DNA of 62,544 nt, from NCBI GenBank assembly GCA_041179425.1, contig JBEGTL010000001.1, positions 1-62,544 on the forward strand, written 5' to 3'. Positions 17,341 to 24,900 of the stretch are shown in pieces. The DNA is from Pseudomonadota bacterium. GTDB lineage: Bacteria; Myxococcota_A; Polyangia; Polyangiales; DASUME01. The notes beneath the pieces were generated by a model. That model did not search any database and was not told the origin of the DNA. It saw only the letters and a program-made list of their open reading frames with translations. A program made the position numbers and the translations under genes. How positions within the stretch are numbered: position 1 is the stretch's first letter; the number at the start of each line of letters is the position of its first letter.

Positions 17341-17879
17341 TGTTGAGATCGTACGCGCTCTGTCTGACCCTCCTCGCGTCGGCTGCGTGCAGCAATCAGG
17401 CGCCCGATGCCGCGCCGGCCGCCGCCGTGCCCGCGCAGCTCGAGCCCGTCCCGGCAGGACATCCGCCGATCGTCGCGCTGCCCGATCCCGAGCTCGCCGG
17501 GGGGCACGTGGGGCGCGCTCCTCGCCGTCTCACCACTGCGCAGCTCAAGGCGAGCATCCGCGTCACCACCGGACGCGACTGGTCACAGATCGACAACCTG
17601 GCCGCCTCGCTGGGGCGCGCCGACTACGCGCTGGTCAACGCCGAGGCAACCGAGACCAACCTGGTGTTCGCCAAGTTCCTCGACGACGGAGCGCGCGAGG
17701 TGTGTCTCGCCGCGGCCGACGCCGACCTCAAACAGACCGACGTTACGCAAGGTGCTGGTCTTCCCGTACGACCTGCTCAGCGCGGGCGCCGAGCTCAACA
17801 AACCCATGGAGGCTCGCGCGGGCGCCAACAAGAGCGACACGCTGGGGGTCTCTGTGTTGGGCTACCTGGCAAACCGTAA
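17340..17879 (+). CDS. lipoprotein N-terminal module; the coding signal leaves this frame near 17745
   Basis: Lipobox LLASAAC, then RRLTTAQLKASIRVTTGRDW...FAKFLDDGAREVCLAAADADLKQTD. After about 17745 wobble GC collapses and the peptide becomes Arg/Gly/Gln junk. Confidence 0.5.
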   Translation: MLRSYALCLTLLASAACSNQAPDAAPAAAVPAQLEPVPAGHPPIVALPDPELAGGHVGRAPRRLTTAQLKASIRVTTGRDWSQIDNLAASLGRADYALVNAEATETNLVFAKFLDDGAREVCLAAADADLKQTDVTQGAGLPVRPAQRGRRAQQTHGGSRGRQQERHAGGLCVGLPGKP

Positions 17880-19482
17880 GGTCAGTGCGGACACACCGCG
17901 TGGTCTGCTCGCCTACGCAGGACGCGCCACCACGCGCTTTGGCGACTACACGGGCCGCCTCGACAGCTACCTGGGCAGCGGCGCCCTGTCGGCGCGCACG
18001 GCGAGCGCTGCAGAGATTCCGGCGCGGGTCGCTTCGGAGCAGCACGGTGCGGCCGTGCGACTCGGCGTGATCGACGGCACCGTGCGCGCATTGGTGGGTG
18101 TGCCCGGCTACGCTGGCGGCGGCGTCAACGGCGACGGCGTGGATCTGGGTGCAGGACGCGCGCTGCACTACCAGCTCGGTGCCGGAAACAACCCTCAGAT
18201 CGTCGCCCAAGGAGCAGACCGCCCGTACACCGACGGCCTTCAGGCGGCCTACGGGGGGCGCAACGTGGGTGTCGACGTTGCGTTCACGGACTTCGACGGC
18301 GACGGTCGCCAAGACTTGGTGGTGGCAGCGCCCCTGCTGTCGACACCGACCACGAGCAGCACCGACTACGCAAGCGTGAAGCCGGAGTGCGTGACGGCGT
18401 CTGCACAGACCAATGGCGGCGCGCTGATCTTCCTGGCTCGCGCCGACGGCACGTTCGTGAACGGATTTCGTGTGTTTGCGGCAAACGCCATCGCGGGTTG
18501 CACGCCTGCCGACAGCAATGCCTGCAAGCGCACCAACCTCGGTCGCGCCGGCATCGCCGGTGGATTCGACTTCGACGGCGACGGCAAACAAGACCTCCTG
18601 CTCACGCGCAACAATGGACTCGAGCTCTTTCTCGGTCGCGCGCCGGACGACCGCGCGTTGGCCAAGCCCACCATGGTCTGTGATCCCGCATTCTCTCTGC
18701 CCGCGCTGGCGCAGGGTGTCTCTGCACCGCAGGCGCTCGGCGATCTCGACGCCGACGGGTGCGCCGAGGTGTCGCTTCGCTACAGCGACGACCAGCGCGC
18801 GGGCCTCGTCGTGCTGTTCGGCTTTGCCGCGGACGGCACACGGTGCAAGGCGCACAAAGAGGCCGCGTGGCTGCGCATCTCGGGCGATGCGGAGACCGGC
18901 CTCGACAACATGAAGCTCGGCGTGGCCACGGTGCGCGCCGGCAAGCTCCTCGGCGATGCGCGTGACTTCGTGGCGGTGTCGGCGGCGCTGTACCCGTTCC
19001 GCGGTCAACCGCAGCCCACGGTGCTGTTGTTCGACGCTGCGGAGTGGGTACAAAAGCGGCCCCCCAAGGGTGAGCTGTTGCTGAGCGCGCTCCACGACGG
19101 TCTCACCCCCCTCGCGCTGACCTACCGCGAGCGGGCGGTCGAGCTCGGCCGCGGTCTGGCCGGCAACGTCGATCTCGACGGCGATGGGGCCGTCGACCTC
19201 GTCGTCGCGGCGCCCGGCGCATCCCTCAATGGAGACGGTGCCGGTGCGGTGTTCGTGTTCCGTGGCGGGGCGCCGCTGGTGGCGCAGCTCGCCGGCCAGA
19301 CCAGCGCCGCACTCGCCTCGCACATCACCGTGTTGGGAGATGGAGCCGAGCGCGCGAGCGTGGGGCAGAGCGTGAGTACGGTCGCACGCACCGCAAGCAG
19401 TCCTGCGGTGCTGGGCATCGGCGCACCCCTCAGCTACCGCACGGGCACGGCCAACGGAACCAGCTGGCTACTCGCCTTCTGA
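17752..19482 (+). CDS. FG-GAP/VCBS (integrin-alpha-like) repeat protein, probably the body of the lipoprotein at 17340
   Basis: Repeated FTDFDGDGRQDLVVAAP, GFDFDGDGKQDLLL, LGDLDADGCAEV and NVDLDGDGAVDLVVAAP. The frame is open from 17407 but coding-like only from about 17749. An in-frame GTG lies at 17752. Confidence 0.7.
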   Translation: MLVFPYDLLSAGAELNKPMEARAGANKSDTLGVSVLGYLANRKVSADTPRGLLAYAGRATTRFGDYTGRLDSYLGSGALSARTASAAEIPARVASEQHGAAVRLGVIDGTVRALVGVPGYAGGGVNGDGVDLGAGRALHYQLGAGNNPQIVAQGADRPYTDGLQAAYGGRNVGVDVAFTDFDGDGRQDLVVAAPLLSTPTTSSTDYASVKPECVTASAQTNGGALIFLARADGTFVNGFRVFAANAIAGCTPADSNACKRTNLGRAGIAGGFDFDGDGKQDLLLTRNNGLELFLGRAPDDRALAKPTMVCDPAFSLPALAQGVSAPQALGDLDADGCAEVSLRYSDDQRAGLVVLFGFAADGTRCKAHKEAAWLRISGDAETGLDNMKLGVATVRAGKLLGDARDFVAVSAALYPFRGQPQPTVLLFDAAEWVQKRPPKGELLLSALHDGLTPLALTYRERAVELGRGLAGNVDLDGDGAVDLVVAAPGASLNGDGAGAVFVFRGGAPLVAQLAGQTSAALASHITVLGDGAERASVGQSVSTVARTASSPAVLGIGAPLSYRTGTANGTSWLLAF

Positions 19483-19805
19483 GTGTCTGTTCCGCGCGGA
19501 TCACCTGCAGCTCTGCGTGCGACGACGCCGTCGCGTGCGACACCAGGTGCAAGAGTGGTGCGACCTGCAATATCGATTGCAGTCACTCCGACGCGTGCAC
19601 CGCGAAGTGCGAAAAGGGCTCGTTTTGCGGCATCGACTGCCATAGCGTCGAGGACTGTAGCGGGGTCAGCTGCGAGGCAGGTTCGGTCTGTCGCCTCCAC
19701 TGCCGCGAAGGCGGCGACCCTGCAGGCAAGTGCGAACTCGACTGCAAAGACGGCACAGGGGCCAGCTGCCCCGACGGCACGCTCGTCTGCAACGCGCCCT
19801 GCTGA
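19482..19805 (+). CDS. Cys-rich 10-residue-repeat segment with no start codon (likely detached C-terminal tail of the FG-GAP protein)
   Basis: A frame absent from the ORF track because it has no ATG/GTG/TTG. It spans 108 codons including the stop, with 20 Cys among its 107 residues: ITCSSACDDAVACDTRCKSGATCNIDCSHSDACTAKCEKGSFCGIDCHSVEDC... It ends at TGA 19803-19805. Confidence 0.45.
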   Translation, partial: SVCSARITCSSACDDAVACDTRCKSGATCNIDCSHSDACTAKCEKGSFCGIDCHSVEDCSGVSCEAGSVCRLHCREGGDPAGKCELDCKDGTGASCPDGTLVCNAPC

Positions 19806-19952
19806 GACAACCCGCCGCGCTCGAACGGGCTATGTCTGCGATCGCAGGGGCGCCTTTCAAGGGTGTGCATAGCGCGCTGCGGCGCGAAGAAATGCACTCG
19901 TTTGTTAACTACTGTCCCAATCCCTGGTTTCCGCGCGAGCGCCAGGTAACAT

Positions 19953-21578
19953 GTGCACAGCGTGTCCCCGACCCTAGAGAGCCAGCGCAAGCTCGAAGAT
20001 CTGGAGCATCAGTTCCAGGCGCTCGTCGAGTGCTCCGCCGACGCCATCTTCATCACCGACTTCGACTCGGCGCGTTTTATCCGCGTCAACTCGCGTGCGG
20101 TCGAGTTGTTCGGGTACGAGGCAGACGAGCTCGCCGGCATGACAGGGCGTCAGCTGCACCCCAGTGAAGACAACGCCGTGGTCGACGACATCAGTCGCGA
20201 TCTGATTCGCGACGGGTCGGTCACGCGACACGCCGTGCGTCTACGTCGCAAAGACGACGGCGTGTTCTGGGCCGAGCTGCGCAGCAGCGCCTACGTCGCC
20301 GATGGGCGCAAGCTGTACGTCACGTTCGTGCGCGACATCTCCGGCAAGCTCGTGCGCGAGCTGGAGCTCAACCAGGCCTACCAGACACTCAAAGACACCG
20401 AGGCGCAGCTGATTCGTTCGTCGCGTTTGGCGGCGATAGGTCAGCTTGCAGCGGGTGTCGCGCACGAGGTCAACAACCCGGCCGCAAGTGCGTTGCTCAA
20501 CCTCGAGGTCCTCGAGCAAGAGGTGCACGCGCTGGCTGAAGACGCTGCCTACGCCGAAGCGCGCGACTGTCCGCAGGTGCTGTTCGACTCCGTGCGCCGC
20601 GTCACGCGCGAGGCCGAAGAAGCGGTGCGCGACTCGTCCGAGGCGCTGCGTCGGATCGCCTCGGTGGTCAAGGGGCTGCGCGGCTTCGTGCAGATCACCG
20701 ACAGCGAGGTGCGTCGCGTCAGCGTGGACGAGGCCATCGACGCGGCGCTGCGCCTCGTGCAAAACCAGGTCCGCCAGCGCGCGACGGTGCACTGCACGTT
20801 TGGCTCTTCGCGCGAGCTCGTCGCCGATCGCGGCAAGCTGATCCAGGTCTTCATCAACCTCTTGCTCAACGCGGCGCAGGCCATCGAGGGCGGTGGCGGC
20901 GGCAAGATCGAAGTGTTCACCATGGACTCCGCCGACGGCGTCTTGGTGCGCGTCATCGACGATGGCCCAGGCGTGCCTGCGCACGCTGCGCCGCACATCT
21001 TCGAGCCCTTCTTCACCACCAAAGAAGCAGAGCACGGCACGGGGCTCGGGCTGTCCCTGTGCGCCGACATCATCCATCGTCACCGCGGCAAGCTCGAGCT
21101 ACGGAGCAGCGAGCGCGGTGCGAGCTTCGAGATCTTTTTGCCCATCGACACGGGCCTCGAGCTGCCCCGGCCGAGCGAGCCAGCCACCGACATGGGGCGC
21201 GCGCGCATCTTGGTGGTCGACGACGACGAAGGTTTGGTGCGCGCCTACCGACGCTGGCTCGGTCGCAAACACGACGTCATCGTCGCGTACGACGGCGAAG
21301 AAGCGCTGCAGCTGCTCGAGCAAGATCAAGAGTTCGACGTCATCTTGTGCGACCTGATGATGCCGCGCTTTGACGGCGTGGCGCTGTACGAGGCCGTCAT
21401 CGCGCACAAGCCGCACCTGCTCTCGCGCATGGTCTTCTGTAGTGGTGGGCCCACGAGCCCTCGCTATCAAGACTTCGCCAAGCTGCCGAGCATCGTGTTC
21501 TTCGACAAGCCCATCCCGCACGACGGCTTCGAGCAGTGGGTGGCCGGCCGCATTCGCGAGCGCGAAAACCGCGTCTGA
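19953..21578 (+). CDS. PAS-sensor hybrid histidine kinase with C-terminal receiver domain
   Basis: PAS region (ADAIFITDFDSARFIRVN), H-box AAGVAHEVNNP, N-box LLLNAAQA, G1 DDGPGV and G2 GTGLGLS. The receiver reads ILVVDDDEG...VILCDLMMP...FFDKP. Confidence 0.9.
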   Translation: MHSVSPTLESQRKLEDLEHQFQALVECSADAIFITDFDSARFIRVNSRAVELFGYEADELAGMTGRQLHPSEDNAVVDDISRDLIRDGSVTRHAVRLRRKDDGVFWAELRSSAYVADGRKLYVTFVRDISGKLVRELELNQAYQTLKDTEAQLIRSSRLAAIGQLAAGVAHEVNNPAASALLNLEVLEQEVHALAEDAAYAEARDCPQVLFDSVRRVTREAEEAVRDSSEALRRIASVVKGLRGFVQITDSEVRRVSVDEAIDAALRLVQNQVRQRATVHCTFGSSRELVADRGKLIQVFINLLLNAAQAIEGGGGGKIEVFTMDSADGVLVRVIDDGPGVPAHAAPHIFEPFFTTKEAEHGTGLGLSLCADIIHRHRGKLELRSSERGASFEIFLPIDTGLELPRPSEPATDMGRARILVVDDDEGLVRAYRRWLGRKHDVIVAYDGEEALQLLEQDQEFDVILCDLMMPRFDGVALYEAVIAHKPHLLSRMVFCSGGPTSPRYQDFAKLPSIVFFDKPIPHDGFEQWVAGRIRERENRV

Positions 21579-21911
21579 GCCCCTCGTGCACTGACTCGCG
21601 CGCGCTCTCGAGCGGCCTGCGCGATCGGCTTTGCGATCTCGCGAGCAGGGTGCAAGAAAAATTGCCTGGCTAAACTGTCAGTGAATGATGGTTCGTCTCC
21701 ACGTCCGTCTGACTAGCCGACGTCATACGAGGGCGAACGTTTTGACCCATCGAGTGCATGACGAGAGGTCGCTTGCTGCGCCTTGCCGTTCTGCCCTCGC
21801 CAATCGATCGCGTGGACTCACTTTTGGGGGGGGTAGTAGAGCCCGGCACCTGTCCCTGGGTGCGAGCGTTTGCCACAATGGCCTACCCCCCAGCCACGGA
21901 GTCTGCTTCCG

Positions 21912-24900
21912 ATGGTCCACACTCGTGTAGAGGACTCGCTCAGCGCCGACGGCGCGGCGGTCACGGCGAAGCTCCGTCACGATGAAGAGCACAGGCGATT
22001 CCTCAGCGTGCCGCGCGCGGCGGCAGAGCTTGCGTTGCGCCGGCTCGAGCGCAACAACCTGCGCGCAGGCCACGAAAACGCGGGTTTTCTCTCGGCGGGT
22101 CGCGGCTATCTGCCCGCCACCAATCCGCTCACGCGGCTCGACCCTCGGTACGCCGCATGGGACGAGCTGGCGGCGGAGCTGCCCGCGCTCTACCGGTCGC
22201 TCAAGCTGCGCAAACGGGTCGAACAACTTCCCATCTTGGAAGCGTCTGCAGACTGCCTCGAAGCTCGCTACGCGATGCGTGCGTGCTCGCTGCTCGCGAT
22301 CGTGTCGCACGCGTACTGGTACGTGGACAGTCGCCCGCCGCGCGGCGCGCTGCCCGAGGCGCTGCGTCGTCCCTGGGCGCAGCTGCGTAAGCGCCTGGGG
22401 CGCACCCAAGAAGTCATCAACTACATCGATCTGATCGTCTACAACTGGAAGCTGCGCGACCCGACCCTGCAGAACCCGCTGGTGGTCGAGAACCTCGAGC
22501 TGTTGTTCCCCACGGTGGGCAACCAAGAAGAGCGCGTCTTTTACATGACGCAGCTGGAGATCCTCGCGCGCACCAGCCCCGTGGTGCGTCAGGTGGCCGC
22601 AGCGCAAGGCGCCGTGCTGCGCCAGGACGACGCGGCGCTCGAGATTGCGCTGCTCGACATCATCGACTGCCTCGGGCGCGTGGTGGCCACCTCGCTCCCC
22701 AAGATCAACCCCAACCCGTACGCGGACAACCACGTCGACCCGGTGGTGTGGGCCAAGACCGTTGCACCCTTCGCGGTGCCCATCCACGCGGGCGATCAAG
22801 GGCCGAGCGGCACCTCGTCGCCGCTCTTCAACACACTCGACCTGTTCTTCGGGCGCAAGGACTACGCGTCGTTTCTCGGCCGCGAGATCAAGCAGCTGCG
22901 CGCGCACTATCCACGGTCGTGGCAGGTGTACCTGTCGTCGCTGACCGAGCTCTCGGTGGCCAGCTACATCGAAGAGCGAGGCAGTCGCACCCTCCGCAGT
23001 GCGTTTCGGGAGGCCTTCGAGCTGTACGCCGGAGAGAGCGGCTTTCTCGGTCGTCATCGTATGAAGGTGTACGGCTACCTGGAGCTGGCCTTCAAGGTCG
23101 GCCGCTCGGTCACCATCGGTGGCTTTGGTGGCGTGTTCACCGATCGCACCTGGGACCTGGTCGATCGCGAGCTCGCAGCCTCCCAAAACGAGCGACTGCG
23201 CTCGTTGCCGCACTTCGTGCAGTGCGCGCGTGTGGTTGCCTCCAAAGAGTCCGACGCGGGCTCGGGCATTCGTCGCATCACGCTCGACGTCGAGAAGGCA
23301 GGGGTCCGCTATCGCCCCGGGGACCGCTGCCTGATCCTGCCCGAAAACGAACCCGCGCTGATCGAGCAGACCCTCAGGTCGCTGGGCCTTGCCGGCGAGC
23401 AGCCGATCGCGCTGACGCCCGAGTGGAAGGCGTACGCCAAAGACCGCCTCGAGCTCGACGGCAAGACCCAGATCTGCGCGCGCGAGCTGCTGCGCTACGG
23501 GGCCATCCGCCCGGTGTCACCGCGCCTGGCAGAGGCCCTGCACGCGCGCACGCAGTCGGAGTTCTTGTTCGATGCCATCGGCCGCGGCTCGACCGAGCGC
23601 TGGGAGCTGTGGGAGCTGCTCGACCTGTTGTCTGCACGCGGCCTCGCGCCGACGACGCTGTGGCAAGGCACCGACACGAATGGCGAACAGCCCAGTGAGC
23701 TGCTGAGCCGGCTGATCCCGCCGCAGCGCTTTCGTGTGTACTCCGTGTCGTCCGCGCCCAAGAGCCCGCTGCGGCGAGGGGAAGACACCATCGAGCTGAC
23801 GGTGGGGCAGCTCGCGTACGAAGCCAAGCCGTCCGAGCTCGACGCGGTGCGCGCGCGTGCGGACGCCGACACGGCACCCACGGTGCTGCGACGCGGGACC
23901 GGGTCGAGCTTCCTCGCGCGTGCCGAGCGGCTGGGTAGCGCGGTGGTCTTTCGGATCCAGCACCCCGACGTGTTCAGGTTGCCCGAGGACCCGGAGACGC
24001 CGATCGTCATGTTTGCCGGCGGCTCGGGCATCGCGCCCTTTCGCGCCTTTTTGCAAGAGCGGGCGCGCAACGCGCGACGCACGCGAGCCTGCCTGTTCGT
24101 GTCGGTTCGTGCGCCCGAAGACTTTTTGTACGGTGACGAGCTGGAGCGCGCGGTCGGCTCGGGCACGCTTTCGCTGACCGTTGCCTTCACGCGCAAGGGG
24201 GGGGCGCTCGTGCGAGACCGAGCCGGCCGGCTCGAGGTCCGACCTGCGGAGCCCCAGCGGCTAGAAGACCTGATGTTGGCGCCCGCCACCGCAGCCGAGC
24301 TGTGGCAGCTCGCCAAGACCAAGGCCGAGGGGGGCAGCGGCGCGGTGTTCTACGTCTGCGGTCGCAGCGGCTTTGCCGACACCGTGCTGGCCACGCTCAA
24401 GCGCATCTTTCGTGACCAGCTGGCGAGCGTGCCCGGTGCCGACCTGGCCACTGCGACCGAGCGGGCTGCGCAGCGCGTGTACCAGATGGTCGGTGATCGC
24501 AGGCTCTTGTCCGAGGTGCACACCGACGCGCGGCCGCTCGACGAGCAGCCACGCCTGTTCGACGTGTCCGAGATCGCTCGGCACAACGACGCCCAGCACG
24601 GCTACTGGATCGTGGTCGACCGCGTGGTCTACGACCTGACCGAGTTCATCGAGCTTCACCCCGGCGGCCGGCGCGTGGTGCAGGCGTACGCGGGCATGGA
24701 CGCGAGCCACGGCTTTGCGCGCGCACACCACGGGCGGGCCGATGTCGACGCGATGCGTGAGAGCTACCGCATCGGCATGGTGCGCACGCTCCGCTTCGAC
24801 GATCTCGTGGTGCGCGTCCTGGCCCCGAGCGGCGCGGTCCCGGTCGACGCCGCCGTCGCCTACCGCACGTTCGTCAAGGCGCTGACCCTGGTCGTGGAGA

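Noticed and set aside
17743-19323. 526-aa ORF on the - strand
   Set aside because: It is a shadow of the FG-GAP repeat gene and has no motif support.
21723-23213. 496-aa ORF on the - strand
   Set aside because: It is antisense to the IDO-like domain. It is Arg/Ala/Val/Gly-rich with no recognisable motif. Long shadow ORFs like this are expected opposite genes with G/C-rich wobble positions.
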